A DNA stretch of 32,000 nucleotides from Candidatus Hermodarchaeota archaeon (GCA_048886185.1 JBHLKY010000012.1:5881-37880); one strand, 5' to 3'. Counted from the first letter of the stretch, positions 18,003 through 27,812 are shown. Notes: generated from the letters alone by a model not told the origin. Made by a program: numbers and translations.

Positions 18003-19346
18003 TTATTCTTTAATCGCAGAGATATCGATCCCTTTAGTTTCGGGAATTAGTCTCGGAACTATTAACATAGCTAAGTAGGCGAATGTACACGCCAGCATTG
18101 CTACAGCTAATGCTTGTGCATGTCCTAATGGATTTTCTAAAACTGATACTGATGGTTGGAGAGTCTCTGCAACTATTCCAACAAAGAAAGCTCCCCAAGC
18201 TAATCCACGAGCTACCGAGAAAATAAGAGAAGTAGCAGTCGCACGAACTCTTGTAGGAAAGACTTCACTTGACCAAACTCCGAAGACTCCGTGCATTCCG
18301 AAAGATACTGTTAAGACAAGACATCCAATTATAATCAAGGGTGTTAGAACAGGGAGTAATATAAAATTAGAAAGAAAGAAAATAAAGGCTCCAATGAGAC
18401 CAACAATTGAACAACCTATAAATGCATTTCTCCTCCCAATACGGTCACTCAACCAACCAGTAATAAATAAAGCAAAGGCAGCAATAACCATTACACCTAG
18501 CATCACCATCATTGAAAGCGTACCTGCAGAATCAATTTCCCCACCAGCTTTTTGGAGTTCATAGGTGAACAAGTACTCGAAATAGGTTGGTGCCCAATCA
18601 GCGAGAGTATGATAAGCAAATTCAGAAAGCCAGAACAATAAAGTCAGTAAAAGGGTAAATTTAAGCCATTTTCCCCTTAATATATCAAAAATTCTAATTT
18701 TCTCTCGTTTAACCTCATCACCAAGTTGGGATGCTTTTTTATAATCAGACCAGACTTGTGATTCATCTAAACTAAATTCTAAATAAATTAAAAAGGGGAT
18801 AGGAAAAAGGGCTGATAAAAAACAGATACGCCATCCATCAAGAACTAAAGGGCCTAAAGTAATGGGCTCAATATTTCCAAAAATCAGGGTGACTATAACA
18901 GCCCCAATATAGCCAGCCACAAAAGTTGCATGAACCAATCCACCAGCAGCTCCTCGTTTTTTTGAGGAGAAAGTTTCTGATAACAAAGAAAATGAAATAC
19001 CCCATGAAACACCAAGCCCAGATAACAATCTGAGTATCGCAAAGACCTCAAACGTGGGTGCCATCGCGGAAAGCGAAGTAAATATCGAATCCCACAATAC
19101 AGAAAGCAATAATATGTTTTTTCTTCCAAAACGATCAGCAAGCTCACCAAAAAGCATAGCTCCAGGTACTGTCATAACATATTGGGCAGAGAAAACGAAT
19201 CCAATTGCTATCTTATCCACATGATATGCAGTACTTATTGTTGTAGCAAGAAGGCTTACTAATACTAAAGCGAAGCCATCGTGGGCCCATCCAATTATTC
19301 CAGCAATTAAAACGGGAATTTTACTAGTGTTTTTCAATTCGCCCAT
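18003..19346 (-). CDS. MFS transporter (sugar/aromatic-acid:H+ symporter-like)
   Basis: 12 TM; GELADRFGRK, GWLSDRIGRR, SEVFPTRVRATATSL. Confidence 0.92.
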   Translation of the reverse strand: MGELKNTSKIPVLIAGIIGWAHDGFALVLVSLLATTISTAYHVDKIAIGFVFSAQYVMTVPGAMLFGELADRFGRKNILLLSVLWDSIFTSLSAMAPTFEVFAILRLLSGLGVSWGISFSLLSETFSSKKRGAAGGLVHATFVAGYIGAVIVTLIFGNIEPITLGPLVLDGWRICFLSALFPIPFLIYLEFSLDESQVWSDYKKASQLGDEVKREKIRIFDILRGKWLKFTLLLTLLFWLSEFAYHTLADWAPTYFEYLFTYELQKAGGEIDSAGTLSMMVMLGVMVIAAFALFITGWLSDRIGRRNAFIGCSIVGLIGAFIFFLSNFILLPVLTPLIIIGCLVLTVSFGMHGVFGVWSSEVFPTRVRATATSLIFSVARGLAWGAFFVGIVAETLQPSVSVLENPLGHAQALAVAMLACTFAYLAMLIVPRLIPETKGIDISAIKE

Positions 19347-19361
19347 AGTTAATCACGCTAT

Positions 19362-19378
19362 AATCGTTATAAACGATT
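19362..19378. promoter_or_regulatory. Inverted repeat overlapping the probable TATA box of the MFS gene
   Basis: AATCGTT-ATA-AACGATT (7-3-7 perfect). The minus-strand TTTATAA lies about 21-27 nt before ATG 19346. Confidence 0.5.
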
Positions 19379-19804
19379 GAAATGATGTTAGAGAAGAGTA
19401 GTGGTTTAATCAAGTAGAAGATTAAAAAATCTTTTGTATATCTGCTCTATATTTTATGATTCTACCTTCAAGACTTCTATCTCCCCCTACTTATTTTGAG
19501 TTAATCTGAATCGCAACTACTTAACAGTTAAAGTAGTAATAATAATTTCTTATAAATTACTTAGAAAATTATAACAATGACTTGGTGTTTATCTTTATAA
19601 CTTATACTTCAACCTAAGATTCCCTCAATCAAGATAACCGTAGGACTACTGAAGACCATCTTTGCCAAAAACAACTTGGAATTCATAAGAGGTTCTTAAT
19701 TTAGATGGTATTTTTGCATACATATCATAGTTATAGTTAACTACCATTCCCAAATTCCTCCCCGCTGCTAGCTATCTATACAATTTAATTTGATCATGTT
19801 TTCA

Positions 19805-21904
19805 TCATCTAAGGACTCTTCGTCGGATTTTCGCGGTTAATATTTGTTGCAAGAACACCTGTTTCAAGTATGTTGTTTTTTCAATTATTTTTTGAGTTGT
19901 GATTAATTTAGTATCAATAGCTGAGAGAATGTTTACAATGTCTTTTTGTTCGCTCAAAGGAGGGAGGAAAATTTGGATCGTATTAAAATCTGATCTGTTA
20001 ATTCCTCCCACAACCCCATGGAATCTTTTTTTGATTTGGTTCTGGCAGATGGAAGAGAATAATAAATAAAATAGAAAATAATTATCCAAAACTTCCCTAT
20101 CTTTACTTCTTACAATAAAAATATGTTCATTAACAGCGATTTTCTCATAGGGTAAATCCCTTACTAGACCGACTTTCCCTGTAGTTGCTCCGTCTTTCAC
20201 TACTAGAATATCATTCAACTGTACTTTTCCCTGTGAAAGGTTCTTATCATAGAATTCCTCTGGAATGAATTTGATATTCGTCCAAAGAATTTGACCTGAA
20301 TCATTAATATGTTCTCCCCCAATACTGGCTACTACTCCCTCTTTTAATGCTCCACCTTTGGCTCTTTTCCCTGTTTCTAACTCCACAAACTCCCCCAAGT
20401 ATACCTTACGCCATGTATCAGGAATGTTTTTCATTAAACTTTCTTCAAATCCATTAAAGATATCATCGATTTTCTGATTGATGTCCTTTTGTTTCTCGTC
20501 TAATTTTTTCAATTCAGAAATATCAGAATTTAGCTGAGAAATGTTTTTTGGATCATCTTCCACAGTCGTCTCAATATAAAGGGGAATATTCAGATTATAT
20601 CCATATTCTCTTATTTCTCTTAACGAAGCTACCCTTGAGAATCTTTTAATAGAATTAAAATTTTTGAATGCCATAACGATTTTAGCTATATCCTCCTCCT
20701 GTAAAATGTTCTTGGATCTTTCCTCTTTGTAGAGTTGAAATGCATCAATGAACAGTATCTTATTTTTTCGGTCTGGGTGTTTTTTCTTGTTAAGCAATAC
20801 AATAGCTGCTGGAATTGACGTTCCATAAAAGAGATTAGGAGCTATTCCAATAATTGCTTCTATTAAATCATTGTCAACCAAAGCTTTTCGGATTTTTTTT
20901 TCATTACCTCCTCTGAACAAAATACCATGAGGAAATATCGCTCCCATTCGTCCATTAGGCTGTAATGTGGCTAACATATGCTGTAAAAAAGCCATATCGC
21001 CATATGATTTTGGAGGTATTCCATATTTAAAACGATTGTATGAATCATTTTTTGCTATTTCAATTCCCCAATGCGCTAGAGAAAAGGGGGGATTTGCGAT
21101 AACGATATCAAACAGTATTAATTGATCATCCTCAATCAGCTTCGGATTTCGAATTGTATCTCCACTTTTTATTTTAAAATTAGCTATTCCATGTAGTACC
21201 ATATTCATAATACAAATTGACCATGTATGTATGTTCTTTTCTTGCCCATAAAGTGATAAATTCAGCCAATTACCCCCGTTTCTTTTAATATACTCAACAC
21301 ATTGGATTAACATCCCTCCTGATCCTACTGTTGGATCTGAAATACACATTCCCTCTTCTGGTGAGAGTAATTCTACCAAGAGTCTGACAACCATATGAGG
21401 AGTATAAAATTCTCCTCCCTTCTTACCAGCTGATTCAGCAAACTGAGCAATTAAATATTCATAGGCCCTACCCAATATATCAGGGTCAGTTAAATCACAA
21501 TTTCGTAGTCGTAGATTGCTAAAATGCCTAATTAGATGATTCACTGTTTCATTGGATAAACGGTCACTAATATCAAAGCTAATTCCCGTTAAAACCCCTT
21601 TTAAAACAGGGTTGTGTTTTTCGATTACATCACATGCCTTCATTAAAGATGAGGCGTTGAGTGCAGGCCATTGAGCTTGTTTAGGGATGAAAAATGCATA
21701 ATTATCAAGTTTGTCCTTTTCAGAATTGTTCACATGTTGAATTTTCTTTTCAATTTCTTCTTCAAAAACATCATTTAATCGTTTTAAGAATAACAAGCTA
21801 AAAATATAGTGCTTATATTCAGAGGCATCAACACTCCCCCTTAAAATATTGCTTGCTTCCCAAAGATGTTTCTCTAACTCTTCTTGACTTATTTTTATGC
21901 CCAT
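19805..21904 (-). CDS. hsdM: Type I DNA methyltransferase HsdM fused to a single-TRD HsdS half
   Basis: HsdM N-domain (LWEASNILRG..EYKHYIFSLLFLKRLND), GKKGGEFYTP, DPTVGSGGML, NPPF, GIPPKSYGD. Then IPDTWRKVYLGE...DILVVKDGATTGKVG...PPLSEQKDIV...KQVFLQQIL. ATG 21904 preferred over 21943. Confidence 0.92.
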   Translation of the reverse strand: MGIKISQEELEKHLWEASNILRGSVDASEYKHYIFSLLFLKRLNDVFEEEIEKKIQHVNNSEKDKLDNYAFFIPKQAQWPALNASSLMKACDVIEKHNPVLKGVLTGISFDISDRLSNETVNHLIRHFSNLRLRNCDLTDPDILGRAYEYLIAQFAESAGKKGGEFYTPHMVVRLLVELLSPEEGMCISDPTVGSGGMLIQCVEYIKRNGGNWLNLSLYGQEKNIHTWSICIMNMVLHGIANFKIKSGDTIRNPKLIEDDQLILFDIVIANPPFSLAHWGIEIAKNDSYNRFKYGIPPKSYGDMAFLQHMLATLQPNGRMGAIFPHGILFRGGNEKKIRKALVDNDLIEAIIGIAPNLFYGTSIPAAIVLLNKKKHPDRKNKILFIDAFQLYKEERSKNILQEEDIAKIVMAFKNFNSIKRFSRVASLREIREYGYNLNIPLYIETTVEDDPKNISQLNSDISELKKLDEKQKDINQKIDDIFNGFEESLMKNIPDTWRKVYLGEFVELETGKRAKGGALKEGVVASIGGEHINDSGQILWTNIKFIPEEFYDKNLSQGKVQLNDILVVKDGATTGKVGLVRDLPYEKIAVNEHIFIVRSKDREVLDNYFLFYLLFSSICQNQIKKRFHGVVGGINRSDFNTIQIFLPPLSEQKDIVNILSAIDTKLITTQKIIEKTTYLKQVFLQQILTAKIRRRVLR

Positions 21905-22070
21905 ATAACTGTGCAATTTTCTTTGATGGTGTTTTTTTTGCATTTGATATGCCCAAGTCGATCATTCTGATGAATAATTTTTCAATAAAAAGACTTCTTA
22001 AAACCTTATTGAAATTGAGATTTACTCAATCCTAAATTATGTATTCCAACCCATAGGGAAAATAATCCAA

Positions 22071-23264
22071 ATGACAAGCCCAAAAACAAGTCAAAAACGG
22101 TTTTATCTAGTATCTGTTGACATACTTCAAGGATTATCGATATTTTTGATGGTTATGGGTCATACATTGTTCTGGTGGGATGATCTTTTTAACACAAATT
22201 GGCCAGATATAGAATTCACAGTTGCTCTCGTCATTGCAATAGCGATCGTAGCACATCCTTGTTTTTTCTTTATCTACAGTTTTAATGTTGGAAATTCGCT
22301 TCTTTTGAAAGAAACTGACATTGAACGCCGTAAAACAAGACACCGTCTTATAAAACGAACTATTATTTTTATTTTAATTGCGGAATTGTTGGAAGGAGTA
22401 GCAGCACTAGTTATGTCACCTAAACATTTATTGAATTTCCTCCTCACTTGGGAATTATTTCATATGTTTGCTCTTTCTACACTTTTCCTCTTGGTTGTTT
22501 TTGAATTTGCTTGGCAAGTCGAGAAAAGAAGTAATTTCACCTCTAACAGTATTGTGATAACAGTTTTATTATTTGTCTTGGTTTCCTTGTTAATGATTTT
22601 CTTAATTTATCATGACTATGCGAATGCAGAGAAGCATTTAGTCTACGTAAATCTAAACATAAATTCTATTTTAAAGCGTATATTCTTTGAAGAAGGCCAA
22701 AATCCTATAATACCCTGGCTTTCATTTTCTGTTATCGGAGGACTCTTAGCTACATTTCTTGATTTACCACATGGGAAAAAAGAGGGTATTTTAAAGAAAT
22801 CAAGAATGGTAATAATTGGTGGATCGTTCATAATAATCATAGGTTCCTTATTTTTGAGTCTAGAGAGATACACTTCCACCCCTTTACTTTATTCAATTTC
22901 ATCCTCTTTCTTATTCATAGCGATAGGAATACTCATTCTTATTACGCCAATAATGATTGTATTTCTCGATATAGATTCGTTGTATTCAACACCAGACATT
23001 AATAGACTATCCTTACCATTAGTCCTTGTCAGTAATATTAGTTTAACAGTCTATATCTTTCATAATATTGGATTCATAATTCCTCCCGAATTTCCATTTT
23101 TGAATACATTTATCAGCATTGAAATAATACCCATTGTAATCGGGTTCCTGTATTCAATGTTCTTTGTATGTATTGCCTTTTTATGGAAAAAATCGGATTT
23201 TAAATACAGTTTGGAATGGATAATAATCAAACTCCAAAATATTTCATGGAGATGGTGGATATAA
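22071..23264 (+). CDS. Polytopic membrane acyltransferase, DUF1624/HGSNAT-catalytic-like (paralog 1)
   Basis: N-terminal R..SVDILQGLSIFLMVMGH, PCFFFIYSF, RRLIKR-like basic patch, PIIPWLSF, ISLTVYIFH; about 11 TM. Confidence 0.65.
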   Translation: MTSPKTSQKRFYLVSVDILQGLSIFLMVMGHTLFWWDDLFNTNWPDIEFTVALVIAIAIVAHPCFFFIYSFNVGNSLLLKETDIERRKTRHRLIKRTIIFILIAELLEGVAALVMSPKHLLNFLLTWELFHMFALSTLFLLVVFEFAWQVEKRSNFTSNSIVITVLLFVLVSLLMIFLIYHDYANAEKHLVYVNLNINSILKRIFFEEGQNPIIPWLSFSVIGGLLATFLDLPHGKKEGILKKSRMVIIGGSFIIIIGSLFLSLERYTSTPLLYSISSSFLFIAIGILILITPIMIVFLDIDSLYSTPDINRLSLPLVLVSNISLTVYIFHNIGFIIPPEFPFLNTFISIEIIPIVIGFLYSMFFVCIAFLWKKSDFKYSLEWIIIKLQNISWRWWI

Positions 23265-23336
23265 GTACAATTTGAGATTTCTAACTAAGATTCATGGATT
23301 CAAACAGATAATTTCTGTAAGTAAAGTGAAAAGAGT

Positions 23337-24539
23337 TTGAAGGAGAATATAACACAAAATCATTTCTATCTGGCTTCAATTGATATTCTCCAAGGAATTT
23401 CAATAATCTATTTTGTTACTTGGCATACAATGCTCTGGTGGGATCATTCCATTGATTCAAGATGGCCAAATGTTTTACTCCCTACTTATCTTTTTATGAC
23501 AACTGCAATGTGTATCCCTCCGTTGTTCTTCTGCCTCTATGGATTTAATGTTGCCAATTCATTAATGAGAAAAAGAACTGAAATTGAGCGTCACGATAGT
23601 AGAACACGGCTTTTAAAACGAACAGTAATATTTTTCGTGATTGCAGAATTCTGTGAAGGAATAACAGCGTTAGTAACAAATCCTGGCTATCTACTCAATT
23701 ACCTTTTCACATGGGAATTATTTCATCTATTTTCTCTCTCAACAATTTTTCTTTTATTAGTATTTGAGTTTGCTTGGAAATTAGAGGAACAAGAGGGGTA
23801 TAACTATCGAAAAATTGGTGGAAGCGTCTTAATATTCTTCTTGATTTTTATTATAGCCATTTTTTTGATTATTCATGACTATACAAGTAGTACAAGGATT
23901 GAAAGCATGCACGTTGAATTAGCTTTGGATTCGATTCTTAAAAGAATGCTGTTCGAGTATGGTCAAAATCCGGTGATTCCATGGCTTTCCTTCCCAATAA
24001 TTGGCGGAATAACAGCTATCTTCCTCAATTTAACAAATGAAGAGAGATCTGTTGCATTGAAAAAAACTTTACTGGCTTTTCTAGGTGGGTTCACTCCTTT
24101 GATTTTAGGAATACTTTTTCTCGGGATTGAAAGATATATTTCGAATCCAGTTTACTATCCAGCTTCCTCTTCCTTTTTATTCATAGCTATCGGTACTGTA
24201 ATTCTTTTAACAACGTCTTTGATTCTTATCATTGATTTAAACCTTAAAAATTCTCAAATTATAATTAAAATATTTAAACCATTGATTCTTATCAGTAAAA
24301 TTAGCTTGACCGTTTTCATTATTCATTATGGAGTGTATATCATCCCCCCTGAATTCATCCTCTTTACAATACTCATCTCATCTGAAATAGCTGCTATGAT
24401 CCTGGGATTCCTTTATTCACTAACTTTTGTTTTAATTGCTTTCATCTGGCAAAAATGGCATTATATGTACAGTTTGGAATGGACAATCTCTAAGCTACAA
24501 ACAACCCCATGGCGATGGTGGCTTGATAGATCAGTATGA
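23337..24539 (+). CDS. Polytopic membrane acyltransferase, DUF1624/HGSNAT-catalytic-like (paralog 2)
   Basis: SIDILQGISII..TWH, TWELFH, GQNPVIPWLSF, SSSFLFIAIG, YSLEW shared with the upstream gene. Confidence 0.65.
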   Translation: MKENITQNHFYLASIDILQGISIIYFVTWHTMLWWDHSIDSRWPNVLLPTYLFMTTAMCIPPLFFCLYGFNVANSLMRKRTEIERHDSRTRLLKRTVIFFVIAEFCEGITALVTNPGYLLNYLFTWELFHLFSLSTIFLLLVFEFAWKLEEQEGYNYRKIGGSVLIFFLIFIIAIFLIIHDYTSSTRIESMHVELALDSILKRMLFEYGQNPVIPWLSFPIIGGITAIFLNLTNEERSVALKKTLLAFLGGFTPLILGILFLGIERYISNPVYYPASSSFLFIAIGTVILLTTSLILIIDLNLKNSQIIIKIFKPLILISKISLTVFIIHYGVYIIPPEFILFTILISSEIAAMILGFLYSLTFVLIAFIWQKWHYMYSLEWTISKLQTTPWRWWLDRSV

Positions 24540-24682
24540 CATGATTAGAAGTTGTTCATGATTTTTAGTGAAGTTTTCAGTTATTAAATATCGTATTTAC
24601 AAAGAAATGAACCATTTTACGAAGAGTGTTCAAACTTTGAATGGCTTTATATAATAGTTAATTAATATATACATTCAGTGGT

Positions 24683-25738
24683 ATGCAGTCAAATATATTG
24701 AATAATTCTACTTCTGTTATAGAACAACCTATAATCAATGGTCATGAAATACTACTATTTGAAGAAGACATCGCCTGGAATGCGATCAAGGGTTGGATTA
24801 TGACCCAATATCTCAATCAGAAGGGATTATTAGTTTATAATGGTGAGCTTGTCAATCGAACATTCCTAAAAGCTGTATTTCAGGTTATTAATGAAAATCA
24901 AATTCACCAAAAACCAAAGAAACTCTACTCAATTAGTACCCTCCTAAGATTGATTGATCAAGATATGGAAGAAAAAGTTCGTGAAATTATTAGAAATCAG
25001 ATATGGGAAGCAATTGAGAGAGATAATGTTCTAGGACTAAGCTATATTTTCAATTTTGTCGAACATATAGAAATCAATAAATTAGCTGTTCTTAATTTGG
25101 AACGTATTCTAAAAGGTCTTTTTCAAAATAAATTTGGTTTTCCTATAGATTGCTGCTGTCTTTATCCTGCGTCACTTGATGTACTGGACTTTGCTGAATT
25201 AGTTAATCTTCATGACGGATACCAAATCTTTGATCACTATCAGAAACCAAGATTAAAACATCATGTGCAGACAGATCAAATTAGTTGGACTCATAAAGAA
25301 ATAGATGTAGAATCACAAAAACAAGACAGCTCCATTCCTTATATTGCTAAACGAGCTTATTCAAAATCAAACTCACCTTTCTATTTTTCCCAGGGGGATC
25401 GGATTATTGGTATAGCTAATGATCTTAAAGATCTTTACAATCAACTTGGAAAAATCCCATTAGATGTTTTTTGTTTTCATTGTTATAGGATTAGTCAATC
25501 TAATCTCGCAGGCCATGCTATATCACCAAGCCCCAGAAGCGATATTGCGCTTTGGATCGAATATTCAGTTGGAGACACTCAGCTAGCTCATCAAATCTAT
25601 GATACAGTAAACCACTCCTTATGTGATCAGAAAACGCTTGAAGCAGGATCAAAATTTACTCAAATAACCATAAGATCTACTGTTCTCCAACTAATCAAAG
25701 CGAGGTTAGATTATCTTTCTTCTGTAGAATTCATGTGA
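24683..25738 (+). CDS. MEDS-like N-terminal domain fused to a DUF5752-like C-terminal domain
   Basis: N-terminal GHEILLFE...CCCLYP..L.FAELVNLHDGY resembles MEDS. C-terminal PFYF..G.IA.DL.DL...L..IP.DVFCFH...SDIALWIEYSVGD.QLA resembles DUF5752. Confidence 0.55.
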   Translation: MQSNILNNSTSVIEQPIINGHEILLFEEDIAWNAIKGWIMTQYLNQKGLLVYNGELVNRTFLKAVFQVINENQIHQKPKKLYSISTLLRLIDQDMEEKVREIIRNQIWEAIERDNVLGLSYIFNFVEHIEINKLAVLNLERILKGLFQNKFGFPIDCCCLYPASLDVLDFAELVNLHDGYQIFDHYQKPRLKHHVQTDQISWTHKEIDVESQKQDSSIPYIAKRAYSKSNSPFYFSQGDRIIGIANDLKDLYNQLGKIPLDVFCFHCYRISQSNLAGHAISPSPRSDIALWIEYSVGDTQLAHQIYDTVNHSLCDQKTLEAGSKFTQITIRSTVLQLIKARLDYLSSVEFM

Positions 25739-25780
25739 GACAATCATATAAGTTGAAAAAGATGGATGTTGTTATGTTCT

Positions 25781-26301
25781 TCAAGTATATGGAATACCTG
25801 ATGGAGCTGCTTTATAATTAAGGGCTTTTTTTACTGAAAGATAATATCGTTTGAAGAAGCTTAACCATTTATCCATATAATTTTCCCTATACTGTTTATA
25901 TCCCATGAAAAGGTAAAAATTCTTTCTCTCATCCTTTGGCGCGATGACCTCAATCCTTTTCACATCAAAAATCACAATATTTTCCATGAGTTTTAATAGT
26001 GATGACCCAATTCTCTTTCTTTGATATTCTTGTTTTACTGCAATGCTTATTACAAATGCATGATGTTCCCGAATCATGAAGACAACCCCCCCTAAAATTT
26101 CACCATATTCAGATTTTGCAACCAAACAAAGATGATTCTTTTTAAAGCCATGATAAAAATTAGGAATGTCAAATTGTGAGAAAATACTAGTTAACGCCTG
26201 AAAATCACTTTCAGAAGTTAAATTACCAATTTGATACGTTGGAGGCTGTTTTATTTTTAAAATCTCCGACTTAATCCTTTCTATTGGGATGTTGCAAGCA
26301 A
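25781..26301 (-). CDS. GNAT-family N-acetyltransferase; N-terminus extends beyond the ORF-track start
   Basis: ISIAVKQEYQRKRIGSSLL (motif A), FYLFMGY. The frame is open upstream of 26125 to 26302. The start is either ATA 26284 or TTG 26301 plus a one-base frameshift. Confidence 0.8.
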
Positions 26302-26425
26302 ATTATTTTTAAAATACCTCTTTCAGATGATGGCAGAGAGTAATTTTATAATAGTATTCTATTAAGGCTATTTCAGGCGATATTAAAATCTTGTTAAAAA
26401 ATGGGTTCATTGAGAAGGTTGTTAT

Positions 26426-26995
26426 ATGAAATCAATTTATTTTGAAAAGACTGGTTGGGAAAATACCCAAGTCACGTTAAATTATGCTTTGGTGGCAGCA
26501 AAAGACTTGAATATTAAAACGATAGTTGTTGCAAGCACTATGGGACAATCCGCATTAGAAGCTGTTAATATTTTTGACGAATCATTCCGATTAATCATTG
26601 TTACTCATCAGGATGGCTTTCGAGACATTGGTAACGAATTCTCAGATAAAGTCAAGAATGAAATTCTTCAAAAACTGCCCACTACTATTTTTCACACTGG
26701 TACACATGCTTTTGCAGGATTAGAACGAAGCTTTCGGTTGAAATACCAAACAATGTTACCTATAGAAATGCTAGCAATTACTATTCGTCGTTGTTTTGGT
26801 GAAGGGACAAAGGTAGCATTGGAATTAGCTATTATGGTTTCAGATGCTGGGCTTATTGATATGACAAAAGATATTATTAGTATTGCTGGAACAGGTAGAG
26901 GACTTGATACCGCATGGATCATTAAACCCTCGTATTCACATAAATTATTCGACTTGAAAATGAAAATGCTTATTTGTAAACCAAAGAATTTCTAA
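26426..26995 (+). CDS. Conserved archaeal pyruvate-kinase alpha/beta-domain protein (COG1751/MTH1675-like)
   Basis: IYFEKTG.ENT..TL, IVVAS.G.SA, VTH..GF, GTHAFAGLERS, FGEGTKVALE..IM..DAG, IAGTGRG.DTA. Confidence 0.85.
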   Translation: MKSIYFEKTGWENTQVTLNYALVAAKDLNIKTIVVASTMGQSALEAVNIFDESFRLIIVTHQDGFRDIGNEFSDKVKNEILQKLPTTIFHTGTHAFAGLERSFRLKYQTMLPIEMLAITIRRCFGEGTKVALELAIMVSDAGLIDMTKDIISIAGTGRGLDTAWIIKPSYSHKLFDLKMKMLICKPKNF

Positions 26996-27039
26996 AAATG
27001 AAAAAAAAGAAGGAACTTCGATGCCATAGAACATCGAAG
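26996..27039 (-). terminator. Hairpin plus U-tract terminator between convergent genes
   Basis: CTTCGATG-ccatagaa-CATCGAAG (27016-27039) followed on the minus strand by TTCCTTCTTTTTTTTCATTTT. Confidence 0.6.
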
Positions 27040-27059
27040 CTTATAGTATTCATTTGGCC

Positions 27060-27662
27060 TCAATAGATATTAAATTCTAGAACTTCAGACCCGTCAAACT
27101 CACCAAGGGTGTAAAAGTCAATACGAATCATGTACTGGCCAGGAGAAAGAGTATTTGGCTTGAAAGCCCCTCCTTCTCGATAGGAATAAATTTCCCAGTC
27201 AGTGGGAATCCACTCAATCTCTCTTAGATACTCAGTCAATGCAGGCATCCTTACAACAGGAGTTTTATCATCGCTAATGAGGGTCCAAAAGGTTTCTCCA
27301 TTTTTCTGTAAATAAAAGAGTGAATCATAGACATCCCGAACTTGTGTTGCTTCTTGTTGATTTTCTGCTATGACAAACCAACCGAAAGCGTAACCAAGGG
27401 CTTCTTGAGAATCAAAAAGGCCAGGTCCAAAAGGTGGTACAGTCCAAAAGGTGATCATTCTTTCCTCATAATCACCAAAGACTCGTTGAAAAGCTGCTTG
27501 TTGGCTTGGATTGTGAATAAATGCTGGAAACCAACCAGGATCCATCCCTGGAATAACTGCGATAGTCCTAACTTCGCCATAATTTGCTCCTGTTTGTGAA
27601 ATCATTGAAATACCTAAAAATCCAATGAATACAAGTAGTTGTAGTGTTTTCTTAGGTTTCAT
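27060..27662 (-). CDS. Secreted hypothetical protein
   Basis: MKPKK, hydrophobic stretch, then TGA-NY cleavage-like site; 200-aa ORF; no recognisable family. Confidence 0.7.
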   Translation of the reverse strand: MKPKKTLQLLVFIGFLGISMISQTGANYGEVRTIAVIPGMDPGWFPAFIHNPSQQAAFQRVFGDYEERMITFWTVPPFGPGLFDSQEALGYAFGWFVIAENQQEATQVRDVYDSLFYLQKNGETFWTLISDDKTPVVRMPALTEYLREIEWIPTDWEIYSYREGGAFKPNTLSPGQYMIRIDFYTLGEFDGSEVLEFNIY

Positions 27663-27812
27663 TTTGTTTCTCTCTTTTCAAGGTTCTTTATTATCCATTG
27701 CTGGATAATGATTTATATTAGAAAATAATATATATATAAACTTTCCTACCAAAAATATTATTATATGAATAACAATATTATTATATAATATATGATTCTA
27801 GATTAACTAGGG

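Noticed and set aside
19620-19725. Short minus-strand peptide MYAKIPSKLRTSYEF (AbrB-like) near hsdM
   Set aside because: 25 codons followed by multiple stops; similarity too weak; no hsdR remnant recognisable.
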